NCBI RefSeq assembly: GCF_003334405.1
Contig: NZ_QOWM01000003.1
From: Escherichia coli
Lineage (GTDB): Bacteria; Pseudomonadota; Gammaproteobacteria; Enterobacterales; Enterobacteriaceae
Reading direction: 5' to 3' (one strand)
Length of the DNA: 64,000 nt
Shown here: piece by piece, positions 32,681 to 44,907 of the stretch
How the letters are laid out: each line of letters opens with the position of its first letter
How positions within the stretch are numbered: position 1 is the stretch's first letter
The notes under the pieces: generated by a model
What the model saw: the letters and a program-made list of their open reading frames with translations, nothing else
What the model was told of the DNA's origin: nothing
The model's database searches: none
Program-made: the position numbers and the translations under genes

Positions 32681-35600
32681 ATGACAGAACAACAAAAATT
32701 GACCTTTACGGCCTTGCAGCAGCGGCTGGATTCGCTGATGCTGCGTGACAGACTGCGTTTTTCTCGCCGTCTGCACGGCGTGAAGAAGGTTAAAAATCCT
32801 GATGCACAACAGGCCATTTTCCAGGAGATGGCGAAAGAGATTGACCAGGCGGCAGGGAAAGTCCTGCTGCGTGAAGCGGCACGACCGGAAATTACTTATC
32901 CTGACAATTTACCGGTTAGTCAGAAAAAACAGGACATTCTCGAAGCGATTCGTGATCACCAGGTGGTGATCGTCGCCGGGGAAACGGGTTCTGGTAAAAC
33001 GACTCAGTTACCGAAAATCTGTATGGAGCTGGGGCGCGGGATTAAAGGACTGATCGGCCATACCCAGCCGCGTCGTCTGGCGGCAAGAACAGTGGCGAAC
33101 CGTATTGCGGAAGAGCTGAAAACGGAGCCGGGCGGTTGCATCGGTTACAAAGTGCGTTTCAGCGATCACGTAAGTGATAACACGATGGTCAAGCTGATGA
33201 CCGACGGTATCCTGCTGGCGGAGATCCAGCAAGACCGCCTGCTGATGCAGTACGACACTATCATTATTGACGAAGCGCACGAACGCAGCCTGAATATCGA
33301 TTTTTTGCTCGGCTATTTGAAAGAGTTGCTGCCGCGGCGTCCTGACCTAAAAATCATTATCACTTCCGCGACTATCGACCCGGAACGCTTTTCGCGCCAC
33401 TTTAATAATGCGCCGATTATTGAAGTCTCCGGTCGGACCTATCCGGTGGAAGTGCGCTATCGCCCGATTGTTGAAGAAGCCGATGACACCGAGCGCGATC
33501 AGTTGCAGGCGATTTTTGACGCCGTAGACGAACTGAGTCAGGAAAGCCATGGCGACATTCTGATCTTTATGAGCGGCGAGCGGGAAATCCGCGATACCGC
33601 CGATGCGCTGAACAAGCTGAACTTACGCCATACCGAAATCTTGCCGCTTTATGCGCGGCTTTCGAACAGCGAACAAAATAGGGTATTCCAGTCGCACAGC
33701 GGACGGCGCATTGTGCTGGCGACCAACGTCGCGGAAACGTCGCTGACCGTACCGGGGATTAAATACGTTATCGACCCCGGTACAGCGCGTATCAGCCGCT
33801 ACAGCTATCGCACCAAAGTGCAGCGTTTGCCGATTGAGCCGATTTCCCAGGCGTCTGCCAATCAGCGTAAAGGCCGCTGTGGTCGTGTGTCCGAAGGGAT
33901 CTGTATTCGTCTCTATTCCGAAGACGATTTCCTCTCGCGCCCGGAGTTTACCGATCCGGAGATTCTGCGTACCAACCTGGCCTCGGTTATTTTGCAGATG
34001 ACCGCGCTGGGGCTGGGCGATATCGCTGCGTTCCCGTTTGTCGAAGCACCGGATAAACGCAATATCCAGGATGGCGTGCGTCTGCTCGAAGAGCTGGGCG
34101 CGATCACCACTGATGAACAGGCCAGCGCCTATAAACTGACGCCGCTCGGTCGCCAGCTCTCGCAGTTGCCTGTCGACCCACGTCTGGCGCGTATGGTGCT
34201 GGAAGCGCAAAAACATGGCTGCGTGCGTGAGGCGATGATTATCACGTCCGCGCTCTCCATTCAGGATCCGCGCGAACGTCCGATGGACAAACAGCAGGCA
34301 TCGGACGAAAAACATCGTCGCTTCCACGACAAAGAGTCTGACTTTCTCGCGTTTGTGAATCTGTGGAATTATCTTGGCGAGCAGCAAAAGGCGCTTTCTT
34401 CCAACGCCTTCCATCGCCTGTGTCGTACCGATTATCTCAACTATCTGCGCGTGCGCGAATGGCAGGATATCTACACCCAGTTGCGTCAGGTGGTGAAAGA
34501 ACTTGGCATTCCGGTTAACAGCGAACCGGCGGAGTATCGCGAAATTCACATTGCGTTGCTGACCGGTTTACTTTCCCATATCGGCATGAAAGATGCCGAT
34601 AAACAAGAATATACCGGCGCACGTAACGCGCGTTTCTCCATCTTCCCCGGTTCTGGTTTATTCAAAAAACCGCCTAAATGGGTAATGGTGGCGGAACTGG
34701 TAGAAACCAGCCGCCTGTGGGGGCGCATTGCTGCGCGTATCGACCCGGAATGGGTGGAGCCAGTTGCTCAGCATTTGATTAAACGCACCTACAGCGAACC
34801 GCACTGGGAACGGGCGCAGGGCGCGGTGATGGCAACGGAAAAAGTCACTGTTTATGGTTTGCCGATTGTTGCCGCGCGCAAGGTCAACTACAGCCAGATC
34901 GATCCGGCGTTATGTCGTGAACTCTTTATTCGCCACGCGCTGGTGGAAGGTGACTGGCAGACGCGTCACGCATTCTTCCGTGAAAACCTGAAACTACGGG
35001 CGGAAGTAGAAGAGCTGGAACACAAATCACGTCGCCGCGATATTCTGGTTGATGACGAAACGTTGTTTGAGTTCTACGACCAGCGCATCAGCCACGATGT
35101 AATCTCCGCTCGCCACTTCGACAGCTGGTGGAAAAAAGTCAGCCGCGAAACGCCTGATTTGCTCAACTTTGAAAAAAGCATGTTGATCAAAGAGGGCGCA
35201 GAAAAAATCAGCAAGCTGGATTACCCGAACTTCTGGCATCAGGGCAATCTCAAGCTGCGTTTGAGCTATCAGTTTGAGCCCGGCGCGGATGCTGACGGTG
35301 TGACCGTACATATTCCGCTGCCGTTACTTAACCAGGTTGAGGAAAGCGGGTTTGAATGGCAGATCCCCGGTCTGCGCCGCGAACTGGTGATTGCTCTGAT
35401 TAAATCGTTGCCGAAACCGGTACGCCGTAATTTTGTACCCGCGCCAAACTATGCCGAAGCGTTTTTAGGCCGCGTCAAACCGCTGGAGTTACCGTTGCTC
35501 GACAGCCTTGAGCGCGAGTTACGGCGGATGACCGGCGTTACCGTTGACCGCGAAGACTGGCACTGGGATCAGGTGCCCGATCACCTGAAAATTACCTTCC

Positions 35601-36583
35601 GCGTGGTGGATGACAAAAACAAGAAGCTAAAAGAAGGGCGCTCGCTACAAGATCTGAAAGATGCGCTGAAAGGCAAAGTGCAGGAAACGCTATCTGCGGT
35701 GGCGGATGACGGTATCGAGCAGAGCGGCTTACATATCTGGAGTTTTGGTCAGCTGCCGGAAAGCTACGAACAGAAGCGTGGCAACTACAAAGTGAAGGCG
35801 TGGCCGGCGCTGGTGGATGAGCGCGACAGTGTGGCGATCAAACTGTTTGATAACCCGCTGGAGCAAAAGCAGGCAATGTGGAACGGTCTTCGCCGTCTAC
35901 TGCTGCTGAATATTCCATCGCCAATCAAATATTTACATGAAAAGTTACCGAACAAAGCCAAGCTGGGACTGTACTTTAACCCGTATGGCAAAGTGCTGGA
36001 GCTGATCGACGACTGTATCTCCTGCGGTGTGGATAAATTGATCGACGCCAATGGTGGCCCGGTCTGGACGGAAGAAGGCTTTGCTGCGCTGCATGAAAAA
36101 GTGCGTGCCGAACTGAACGACACGGTGGTGGATATTGCGAAGCAGGTCGAGCAAATCCTTACGGCAGTGTTCAATATCAACAAACGTCTGAAAGGGCGGG
36201 TGGATATGACCATGGCGCTGGGGCTTTCTGACATTAAAGCGCAGATGGGCGGGTTGGTATATCGCGGTTTTGTCACTGGTAACGGCTTCAAACGGCTGGG
36301 CGACACGCTGCGATATTTGCAGGCGATTGAAAAACGGCTGGAAAAACTGGCGGTTGATCCACATCGCGACCGTGCGCAGATGCTGAAAGTCGAAAACGTC
36401 CAGCAGGCGTGGCAGCAATGGATCAACAAACTGCCGCCCGCACGTCGTGAGGATGAAGACGTGAAAGAGATCCGTTGGATGATAGAAGAGTTGCGCGTTA
36501 GTTACTTCGCTCAACAACTTGGTACGCCTTATCCGATTTCAGATAAGCGTATTTTGCAGGCGATGGAGCAGATTAGCGGTTAA
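32681..36583 (+). CDS. hrpA: ATP-dependent RNA helicase HrpA (DEAH-box)
   Basis: 1300 aa; Walker A GETGSGKT, DEAH box IIDEAHERS, C-terminal HA2/OB domains. Confidence 0.9.
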   Translation: MTEQQKLTFTALQQRLDSLMLRDRLRFSRRLHGVKKVKNPDAQQAIFQEMAKEIDQAAGKVLLREAARPEITYPDNLPVSQKKQDILEAIRDHQVVIVAGETGSGKTTQLPKICMELGRGIKGLIGHTQPRRLAARTVANRIAEELKTEPGGCIGYKVRFSDHVSDNTMVKLMTDGILLAEIQQDRLLMQYDTIIIDEAHERSLNIDFLLGYLKELLPRRPDLKIIITSATIDPERFSRHFNNAPIIEVSGRTYPVEVRYRPIVEEADDTERDQLQAIFDAVDELSQESHGDILIFMSGEREIRDTADALNKLNLRHTEILPLYARLSNSEQNRVFQSHSGRRIVLATNVAETSLTVPGIKYVIDPGTARISRYSYRTKVQRLPIEPISQASANQRKGRCGRVSEGICIRLYSEDDFLSRPEFTDPEILRTNLASVILQMTALGLGDIAAFPFVEAPDKRNIQDGVRLLEELGAITTDEQASAYKLTPLGRQLSQLPVDPRLARMVLEAQKHGCVREAMIITSALSIQDPRERPMDKQQASDEKHRRFHDKESDFLAFVNLWNYLGEQQKALSSNAFHRLCRTDYLNYLRVREWQDIYTQLRQVVKELGIPVNSEPAEYREIHIALLTGLLSHIGMKDADKQEYTGARNARFSIFPGSGLFKKPPKWVMVAELVETSRLWGRIAARIDPEWVEPVAQHLIKRTYSEPHWERAQGAVMATEKVTVYGLPIVAARKVNYSQIDPALCRELFIRHALVEGDWQTRHAFFRENLKLRAEVEELEHKSRRRDILVDDETLFEFYDQRISHDVISARHFDSWWKKVSRETPDLLNFEKSMLIKEGAEKISKLDYPNFWHQGNLKLRLSYQFEPGADADGVTVHIPLPLLNQVEESGFEWQIPGLRRELVIALIKSLPKPVRRNFVPAPNYAEAFLGRVKPLELPLLDSLERELRRMTGVTVDREDWHWDQVPDHLKITFRVVDDKNKKLKEGRSLQDLKDALKGKVQETLSAVADDGIEQSGLHIWSFGQLPESYEQKRGNYKVKAWPALVDERDSVAIKLFDNPLEQKQAMWNGLRRLLLLNIPSPIKYLHEKLPNKAKLGLYFNPYGKVLELIDDCISCGVDKLIDANGGPVWTEEGFAALHEKVRAELNDTVVDIAKQVEQILTAVFNINKRLKGRVDMTMALGLSDIKAQMGGLVYRGFVTGNGFKRLGDTLRYLQAIEKRLEKLAVDPHRDRAQMLKVENVQQAWQQWINKLPPARREDEDVKEIRWMIEELRVSYFAQQLGTPYPISDKRILQAMEQISG

Positions 36584-36604
36584 CCCTGCTATTTGCCTGA
36601 TAAA

Positions 36605-36641
36605 GAAAAAACCCGGTAAGCATTTAGCGCCGGGTTTTTTA
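36605..36641 (+). terminator. rho-independent terminator of hrpA
   Basis: aaaaaACCCGG-taagcatttagcg-CCGGGTtttttt. Confidence 0.55.
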
Positions 36642-36854
36642 TTAATTCTAAAACGGTAAGGGTAAAAATTCAGGAATTCAGAAAAATACAATTCTCTGCT
36701 GCAAGATGAATAATGTTTATCTACAGCATTTCCTTAAAAGATATGTCAGGCTTGCGGAGTGGCGGTTAAGGACATACGATTTCCTCCTTTCAGAGTGCTC
36801 CGCTTCTCACTATTATCTCACGCAGTATTCTTAAGGGAACGATAAGGAGGAACC

Positions 36855-37655
36855 ATGAACATTACCCCGTTTCCGACGCTTTCGCCGGCAACTATAGATG
36901 CCATAAATGTTATCGGACAGTGGCTGGCGCAGGATGATTTCTCCGGTGAGGTGCCGTATCAGGCCGATTGCGTGATCCTTGCAGGCAATGCGGTTATGCC
37001 GACTATCGATGCGGCATGTAAGATTGCCCGCGATCAGCAAATTCCTTTACTGATTAGTGGTGGTATCGGTCACTCGACAACTTTTTTGTATAGCGCCATC
37101 GCACAGCATCCGCACTACAACACTATCCGCACCACTGGCAGAGCAGAAGCGACCATCCTGGCGGATATCGCTCATCAGTTCTGGCACATTCCGCATGAAA
37201 AAATCTGGATTGAAGACCAGTCAACAAACTGCGGTGAAAACGCACGCTTTAGCATCGCGCTATTGAATCAGGCCGTAGAACGAGTTCATACGGCTATCGT
37301 TGTTCAGGACCCCACCATGCAGCGGCGCACGATGGCGACGTTCCGCCGTATGACTGGGGACAATCCCGATGCACCACGCTGGTTAAGTTATCCCGGATTC
37401 GTTCCTCAGTTAGGAAATAACGCAGACAGTGTAATCTTTATTAATCAGTTACAAGGATTATGGCCAGTTGAGCGTTATCTCTCACTACTCACTGGCGAGC
37501 TGCCGCGTTTACGCGATGATAGCGATGGCTACGGTCCCCGCGGGCGAGATTTTATCGTTCACGTTGATTTTCCGGCAGAAGTCATCCATGCATGGCAAAC
37601 GCTGAAACATGATGCGGTGCTCATCGAGGCGATGGAAAGTCGCTCGTTACGTTAA
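36855..37655 (+). CDS. ydcF: DUF218 (YdcF-like) protein
   Basis: 266 aa; RBS aaggagg precedes the ATG. Confidence 0.85.
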
Positions 37656-37851
37656 AAATTGCCCGTTTGTGAACCACTTATTTGCAAACGGGCATGACTC
37701 CTGACTTTTATTTCTGCCTTTTATTCCTTTTACACTTGTTTTTATGAAGCCCTTCACAGAATTGTCCTTTCACGATGCCGTCTCTCTGATGATTGATGTT
37801 AATTAACAATGTATTCACCGAAAACAAACATATAAATCACAGGAGTCGCCC

Positions 37852-39291
37852 ATGTCAGTACCCGTTCAACATCCTATGTATATCGATGGACAGTTTGTTA
37901 CCTGGCGTGGAGACGCATGGATTGATGTGGTAAACCCTGCTACAGAGGCTGTCATTTCCCGCATACCCGATGGTCAGGCCGAGGATGCCCGTAAGGCAAT
38001 CGATGCAGCAGAACGTGCACAACCAGAATGGGAAGCGTTGCCTGCTATTGAACGCGCCAGTTGGTTGCGCAAAATCTCCGCCGGGATCCGCGAACGCGCC
38101 AGTGAAATCAGTGCGCTGATTGTTGAAGAAGGGGGCAAGATCCAGCAGCTGGCTGAAGTCGAAGTGGCTTTTACTGCCGACTATATCGATTACATGGCGG
38201 AGTGGGCACGGCGTTACGAGGGCGAGATTATTCAAAGCGATCGTCCAGGAGAAAATATTCTTTTGTTTAAACGTGCGCTTGGTGTGACTACCGGCATTCT
38301 GCCGTGGAACTTCCCGTTCTTCCTCATTGCCCGCAAAATGGCTCCCGCTCTTTTGACCGGTAATACCATCGTCATTAAACCTAGTGAATTTACGCCAAAC
38401 AATGCGATTGCATTCGCCAAAATCGTCGATGAAATAGGCCTTCCGCGCGGCGTGTTTAACCTTGTACTGGGGCGTGGTGAAACCGTTGGGCAAGAACTGG
38501 CGGGTAACCCAAAGGTCGCAATGGTCAGTATGACAGGCAGCGTCTCTGCAGGTGAGAAGATCATGGCGACTGCGGCAAAAAACATCACCAAAGTGTGTCT
38601 GGAATTGGGGGGTAAAGCACCAGCTATCGTAATGGACGATGCCGATCTTGAACTGGCAGTCAAAGCCATCGTTGATTCACGCGTCATTAATAGTGGGCAA
38701 GTGTGTAACTGTGCAGAACGTGTTTATGTACAGAAAGGCATTTATGATCAGTTCGTCAATCGGCTGGGTGAAGCGATGCAGGCGGTTCAATTTGGTAACC
38801 CCGCTGAACGCAACGACATTGCGATGGGGCCGTTGATTAACGCCGCGGCGCTGGAAAGGGTCGAGCAAAAAGTGGCGCGCGCAGTAGAAGAAGGGGCGAG
38901 AGTGGCGTTCGGTGGCAAAGCGGTAGAGGGGAAAGGATATTATTATCCGCCGACATTGCTGCTGGATGTTCGCCAGGAAATGTCGATTATGCATGAGGAA
39001 ACCTTTGGCCCGGTGCTGCCAGTTGTCGCATTTGACACGCTGGAAGATGCTATCTCAATGGCTAATGACAGTGATTACGGCCTGACCTCATCAATCTATA
39101 CCCAAAATCTGAACGTCGCGATGAAAGCCATTAAAGGGCTGAAGTTTGGTGAAACTTACATCAACCGTGAAAACTTCGAAGCTATGCAAGGCTTCCACGC
39201 CGGATGGCGTAAATCCGGTATTGGCGGCGCAGATGGTAAACATGGCTTGCATGAATATCTGCAGACCCAGGTGGTTTATTTACAGTCTTAA
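37852..39291 (+). CDS. aldA: lactaldehyde / glycolaldehyde dehydrogenase
   Basis: 479 aa; ALDH signatures LELGGKAP and catalytic Cys GQVCNCAER. Confidence 0.9.
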   Translation: MSVPVQHPMYIDGQFVTWRGDAWIDVVNPATEAVISRIPDGQAEDARKAIDAAERAQPEWEALPAIERASWLRKISAGIRERASEISALIVEEGGKIQQLAEVEVAFTADYIDYMAEWARRYEGEIIQSDRPGENILLFKRALGVTTGILPWNFPFFLIARKMAPALLTGNTIVIKPSEFTPNNAIAFAKIVDEIGLPRGVFNLVLGRGETVGQELAGNPKVAMVSMTGSVSAGEKIMATAAKNITKVCLELGGKAPAIVMDDADLELAVKAIVDSRVINSGQVCNCAERVYVQKGIYDQFVNRLGEAMQAVQFGNPAERNDIAMGPLINAAALERVEQKVARAVEEGARVAFGGKAVEGKGYYYPPTLLLDVRQEMSIMHEETFGPVLPVVAFDTLEDAISMANDSDYGLTSSIYTQNLNVAMKAIKGLKFGETYINRENFEAMQGFHAGWRKSGIGGADGKHGLHEYLQTQVVYLQS

Positions 39292-39295
39292 TGAG

Positions 39296-39330
39296 TGAAA
39301 GAGGCGGAGGTTTTTTCCTCCGCCTGTGCG
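39296..39330. terminator. bidirectional terminator between convergent aldA and gapC
   Basis: AGGCGGAGG-tttttt-CCTCCGCCT. Confidence 0.65.
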
Positions 39331-39332
39331 CG

Positions 39333-40345
<1,013 letters not shown>

Positions 40346-40521
40346 TCAGGAACGTTCGGATGAAAATTGATCCTTTCCAGGCTTAGACCAGGATGGCGGG
40401 ATGGGCAATCTCCATTCTCACAGTGAAACGTAACGTACTGAAAACGGGTGAACAATATTTAATGAAATTTTGAGAAAAGCCCGTTATGTTAACGGAAAAT
40501 TATGTTAAAGCAGGAAATGTT

Positions 40522-41052
40522 ATGGAAAATAAATATTCAAGGTTACAAATCAGCATTCACTGGCTGGTCTTTTTACTGGTTATCGCAGCGTATTGCGCAA
40601 TGGAGTTTCGTGGTTTCTTCCCACGTAGCGATCGGCCACTCATCAACATGATTCATGTTTCCTGTGGCATCTCAATTCTCGTGCTGATGGTCGTTCGTCT
40701 TTTGTTAAGGCTGAAATACCCAACCCCGCCGATTATACCTAAGCCAAAACCGATGATGACGGGACTGGCGCATTTGGGACATTTGGTGATTTATCTCCTG
40801 TTTATTGCGCTGCCAGTGATTGGTTTGGTGATGATGTATAACCGGGGCAACCCGTGGTTTGCGTTTGGTTTGACGATGCCTTACGCTTCAGAGGCCAATT
40901 TCGAACGGGTAGATAGCTTAAAGTCGTGGCATGAAACGCTGGCGAATCTGGGATATTTTGTCATCGGGTTGCACGCTGCGGCTGCACTGGCACACCACTA
41001 TTTCTGGAAGGACAACACACTTCTACGCATGATGCCGCGTAAACGTTCCTGA
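40522..41052 (+). CDS. cybB: cytochrome b561
   Basis: 176-aa form from ATG 40522 (MENKYSRLQISIHWLVF...); SD aggaaa; transmembrane His ligands. Confidence 0.9.
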   Translation: MENKYSRLQISIHWLVFLLVIAAYCAMEFRGFFPRSDRPLINMIHVSCGISILVLMVVRLLLRLKYPTPPIIPKPKPMMTGLAHLGHLVIYLLFIALPVIGLVMMYNRGNPWFAFGLTMPYASEANFERVDSLKSWHETLANLGYFVIGLHAAAALAHHYFWKDNTLLRMMPRKRS

Positions 41053-41062
41053 AGGATATTTA

Positions 41063-41126
41063 AAGAAAACGCCTGTACTAAAACCGACCCGTGGTACAGG
41101 CGAAGAATACGGGTCTACATCGGAAG
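41063..41126 (-). ncRNA. rydC: Hfq-dependent small RNA RydC
   Basis: 64-nt minus-strand segment CUUCCGAUGUAGACCCGUAUUCUUCGCCUGUACCACGGGUCGGUUUUAGUACAGGCGUUUUCUU in the cybB-ydcA intergenic region, ending in a stem (CCUGUAC/GUACAGG) plus U-tract. Confidence 0.6.
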
Positions 41127-41296
41127 CGCCTATTATATTTATTTGTATGATAAATAAAACCATAATCCTTGCCCATACGTCCATCTGGCTTATTTTTAAT
41201 CAATTCACCCGATCTTTGATCTCATCAACGGTATCAAAATAAACCAGCGTATAACGTTCAAATCGAACATAAGATTCGATAAACCATGGAGGTTAT

Positions 41297-41470
41297 ATGA
41301 AAAAACTGGCACTTATTTTGTTTATGGGAACGCTTGTTTCCTTTTATGCCGATGCCGGGCGCAAACCCTGTTCTGGTTCGAAAGGGGGGATCTCACACTG
41401 TACGGCAGGCGGCAAATTTGTCTGTAATGATGGTTCTATTAGTGCATCGAAAAAAACATGCACTAACTGA
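41297..41470 (+). CDS. ydcA: small secreted Cys-containing protein
   Basis: 57-aa ORF MKKLALILFMGTLVSFYADA|GRKPCSGSKGGISHCTAGGKFVCNDGSISASKKTCTN with signal peptide and RBS ggagg; too short for the ORF track. Confidence 0.7.
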   Translation: MKKLALILFMGTLVSFYADAGRKPCSGSKGGISHCTAGGKFVCNDGSISASKKTCTN

Positions 41471-41541
41471 AGTGTAAAAGGGGTGCCATGAGAAAATGAA
41501 TCTGCTAGTCAAATGCGCGGGGAAAATCCCCGCGCTTGCCC

Positions 41542-41738
<197 letters not shown>

Positions 41739-41749
<11 letters not shown>

Positions 41750-41794
41750 TCGTTGGCCTCGGTTGATAGAAATATCGGTCGGGGCCTTCGTCTT
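41739..41794 (+). ncRNA. sokB: Sok-type antisense RNA (antitoxin of hokB), approximate extent
   Basis: Plus-strand promoter-like TTGCCG-N17-TAAGAT (41703-41731) inside mokB would start a transcript near 41738 antisense to the mokB start region; 3' end not resolved. Confidence 0.4.
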
Positions 41795-42023
41795 TCTGAT
41801 TCCCGGTTAGCCTGAAAACAGAAAGTCTCAGGCACCCGCAGGCATCCTATGAGGTTTCCTTAGGGACGAAAATAATCACTTCACGAAATTGCGTGCTGTT
41901 TTCCAGAATTTTTCGTCATTCGGGTTAGCCAGTTTAGCCATTCGTTACTCTCTTCATTCCAATAGCATTAATTTTCTATGCAATAATTGTTGTAAAAATG
42001 TGACGCAAAGAGGTTTTTGGTCA

Positions 42024-42050
42024 TAAGTAATTACCGTCAAGTGCCGATGA
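42024..42050 (+). promoter_or_regulatory. sigma28 (FliA)-type promoter of trg
   Basis: TAAGTAAT-N11-GCCGATGA versus consensus TAAAGTTT-N11-GCCGATAA, ending about 40 bp upstream of the trg ATG. Confidence 0.5.
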
Positions 42051-42089
42051 CTTTCTATCAGGAGTAAACCTGGACGAGAGACAACGGTA

Positions 42090-43730
42090 ATGAATACAAC
42101 TCCCTCACAGCGATTAGGTTTTTTGCATCACATCAGGTTGGTTCCGTTATTTGCCTGCATTCTAGGCGGTATCTTAGTTCTATTCGCATTAAGTTCAGCC
42201 CTGGCTGGCTATTTCCTCTGGCAGGCCGATCGCGATCAGCGTGATGTTACTGCGGAGATTGAGATTCGGACCGGGTTAGCGAACAGTTCAGATTTTTTGC
42301 GTTCAGCCCGGATCAATATGATTCAGGCCGGGGCTGCGAGTCGTATTGCGGAAATGGAAGCAATGAAGCGAAATATTGCGCAAGCCGAATCGGAGATTAA
42401 ACAGTCGCAGCAAGGTTATCGTGCTTATCAGAATCGACCGGTGAAAACACCTGCTGATGAAGCCCTCGACACTGAATTAAATCAACGCTTTCAGGCTTAT
42501 ATCACGGGTATGCAACCTATGTTGAAATATGCCAAAAATGGCATGTTTGAAGCGATTATCAATCATGAAAGTGAGCAGATCCGACCGCTGGATAATGCTT
42601 ATACCGATATTTTGAACAAAGCCGTTAAGATACGTAGCACCAGAGCCAACCAACTGGCGGAACTGGCCCATCAGCGCACCCGCCTGGGTGGGATGTTCAT
42701 GATTGGCGCGTTTGTGCTTGCCCTGGTCATGACGCTGATAACATTTATGGTGCTACGTCGGATCGTCATTCGTCCACTGCAACATGCCGCACAACGGATT
42801 GAAAAAATCGCCAGTGGCGATCTGACGATGAATGATGAACCGGCGGGTCGTAATGAAATCGGTCGCTTAAGTCGTCATTTACAGCAAATGCAGCATTCAC
42901 TGGGGATGACAGTAGGGACTGTTCGACAGGGCGCGGAAGAGATTTATCGTGGCACCAGCGAAATTTCAGCTGGCAATGCGGACCTGTCATCTCGCACCGA
43001 AGAACAAGCGGCGGCTATCGAACAAACTGCCGCCAGCATGGAGCAACTCACTGCGACGGTGAAACAGAATGCGGATAACGCGCATCATGCCAGCAAACTG
43101 GCGCAAGAGGCTTCTATTAAAGCCAGCGATGGCGGGCAGACGGTTTCCGGTGTAGTAAAAACGATGGGCGCTATCTCCACGAGTTCGAAGAAAATTTCTG
43201 AGATCACCGCCGTCATCAACAGTATTGCTTTCCAGACGAATATTCTGGCACTGAATGCTGCCGTTGAAGCCGCGCGAGCGGGTGAGCAAGGGCGTGGATT
43301 TGCCGTTGTCGCCAGCGAAGTACGGACACTCGCAAGTCGCAGCGCTCAGGCGGCGAAAGAGATTGAAGGCTTGATCAGTGAATCAGTCAGGTTAATTGAC
43401 CTGGGGTCGGATGAGGTGGCAACGGCCGGGAAAACCATGAGCACTATTGTTGATGCCGTCGCGAGTGTCACACATATCATGCAGGAAATCGCCGCCGCCT
43501 CGGATGAACAAAGTAGAGGCATAACGCAGGTTAGCCAGGCGATTTCTGAAATGGATAAGGTGACGCAACAGAATGCTTCTCTGGTAGAAGAGGCCTCAGC
43601 GGCGGCGGTGTCCCTTGAAGAACAGGCGGCACGATTAACTGAGGCGGTGGATGTATTCCGTCTGCACAAACATTCTGTGTCGGCAGAACCTCGCGGAGCG
43701 GGTGAACCAGTTAGTTTCGCTACGGTGTGA
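42090..43730 (+). CDS. trg: methyl-accepting chemotaxis protein III (ribose/galactose transducer)
   Basis: 546 aa; two TM segments, HAMP, and highly conserved MCP signalling domain. Confidence 0.9.
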   Translation: MNTTPSQRLGFLHHIRLVPLFACILGGILVLFALSSALAGYFLWQADRDQRDVTAEIEIRTGLANSSDFLRSARINMIQAGAASRIAEMEAMKRNIAQAESEIKQSQQGYRAYQNRPVKTPADEALDTELNQRFQAYITGMQPMLKYAKNGMFEAIINHESEQIRPLDNAYTDILNKAVKIRSTRANQLAELAHQRTRLGGMFMIGAFVLALVMTLITFMVLRRIVIRPLQHAAQRIEKIASGDLTMNDEPAGRNEIGRLSRHLQQMQHSLGMTVGTVRQGAEEIYRGTSEISAGNADLSSRTEEQAAAIEQTAASMEQLTATVKQNADNAHHASKLAQEASIKASDGGQTVSGVVKTMGAISTSSKKISEITAVINSIAFQTNILALNAAVEAARAGEQGRGFAVVASEVRTLASRSAQAAKEIEGLISESVRLIDLGSDEVATAGKTMSTIVDAVASVTHIMQEIAAASDEQSRGITQVSQAISEMDKVTQQNASLVEEASAAAVSLEEQAARLTEAVDVFRLHKHSVSAEPRGAGEPVSFATV

Positions 43731-43737
43731 AAATGTT

Positions 43738-43765
43738 CAAGGAGGGATCGACAGATCCCTTCACC
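43738..43765. terminator. hairpin between convergent trg and ydcI
   Basis: GGGATC-gaca-GATCCC stem in the 37-bp gap. Confidence 0.4.
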
Positions 43766-43767
43766 TT

Positions 43768-44691
43768 TCAGAACGGCATTGATTTTCGAATAGCGTTAAT
43801 CATCAACTGGCAACCAGAAGAGAACGTCGCATCTACGCGGGTCAGTATTCCAATCGGTTCGCCTGCACCATGTCCCGGAACAGGCAGGGCCACCAGCGTG
43901 GCATGACGCAGGTCGTCTTTTACAGCGCCAGAAGGGACAAACCACACGTAATCGTATTCAACCGTAAGTTGACGAGATAGCGAAGCAGACAGCGTTTCGA
44001 TACAACCCGAAGGAATTTTACAGCCCTGGCTCTGCACTAATGCATCTGAATGCTGGCGTGGCGCAGTGCCTTCTGGTGATACAACGACCGGCCATTCCAG
44101 CACCCGGCTTAGCGTTACGTTCTCCTGAAGTAGCGGGTGATTAGGGCGGACAACCAGCTTCAACGATTCAAGAAACAGCAGTTCGTAATTAAGCCCGGTC
44201 ATCAGTTCAGGATCTGACATCCGACCAATGCCGATATCGATTTCCCCGGTTTTTAAACCCGCCAGAATCATAGGGTTACTCATTGTCGCAACTTGCAAGG
44301 TCGTCTCTTTTTGTTGCTGATGAAACTGACCTATAACCGAAGGTAATATCCCCAGTGCCGCAGTAGGTAGTGCACCAACCCTGACGACATCATTATTAAG
44401 ACCTTCTTTACGATGAAGCGACCGTCCGGCAGTGTTGATGGCGTCAAGAACTCTGACTGCATGCGTTAAAAATTGTTCGCCGGGTAAGGTAAGTTGCGCC
44501 CCCTGACGACCACGCTCAAACAAGCGAGCGCCAGTCAGCTGCTCCAGTTCATTCAATGTCTTAGAGAGCGCAGGTTGACTCAAATTAAGGGTTTCAGCCG
44601 CGCGCCCCAAAGTTCCTTGTTGTGCGACAGCTACGAATGTATGAAGGTGGCGCAAACGGATGCGCTGACTAAACAGACTATTTTTTTCCAT
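43768..44691 (-). CDS. ydcI: LysR-family transcriptional regulator
   Basis: 307-aa form from ATG 44691 (MEKNSLFSQRIRLRHLHTFVAVAQ...); N-terminal HTH; the ORF-track 354-aa version is an upstream extension. Confidence 0.85.
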   Translation of the reverse strand: MEKNSLFSQRIRLRHLHTFVAVAQQGTLGRAAETLNLSQPALSKTLNELEQLTGARLFERGRQGAQLTLPGEQFLTHAVRVLDAINTAGRSLHRKEGLNNDVVRVGALPTAALGILPSVIGQFHQQQKETTLQVATMSNPMILAGLKTGEIDIGIGRMSDPELMTGLNYELLFLESLKLVVRPNHPLLQENVTLSRVLEWPVVVSPEGTAPRQHSDALVQSQGCKIPSGCIETLSASLSRQLTVEYDYVWFVPSGAVKDDLRHATLVALPVPGHGAGEPIGILTRVDATFSSGCQLMINAIRKSMPF

Positions 44692-44907
44692 AAGCGATGT
44701 TAAAAACGAAGCGGTGTCGCTGACAAGTGAAGTTGTTTGATTATGATAACTTGATTGTAAAATATTATTAACAATTAAAGCAATTATGTTACAGCAAAAT
44801 GGATAATATTGATGTTTTCGCGGCGAGATCACAGTTTGTAAATTCTTCCCGCAAGAGTGAATGCGGTTACCTACACTCCAGATTACTGACCACTGGAGGC
44901 AGACACT

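Noticed and set aside
33623-34549. 308-aa minus-strand ORF within hrpA
   Set aside because: Antisense to a well-supported helicase gene; Arg/His-rich low-complexity translation with no motifs.
35785-36517. Two long minus-strand ORFs (214 and 190 aa) in the hrpA 3' region
   Set aside because: Antisense to hrpA with no start context or domain signal.
37855-38493. 212-aa minus-strand ORF within aldA
   Set aside because: Antisense to aldA, which has clear ALDH motifs on the plus strand.
43768-44832. N-terminally extended ORF-track versions of ydcI (354 aa), ydcO (478 aa), paaH (507 aa), paaK (465 aa), paaE (426 aa), tehA (366 aa) and cybB (188 aa)
   Set aside because: Extensions run into upstream genes or intergenic DNA; internal ATGs give products matching the lengths I recall for K-12 and have better RBS context.
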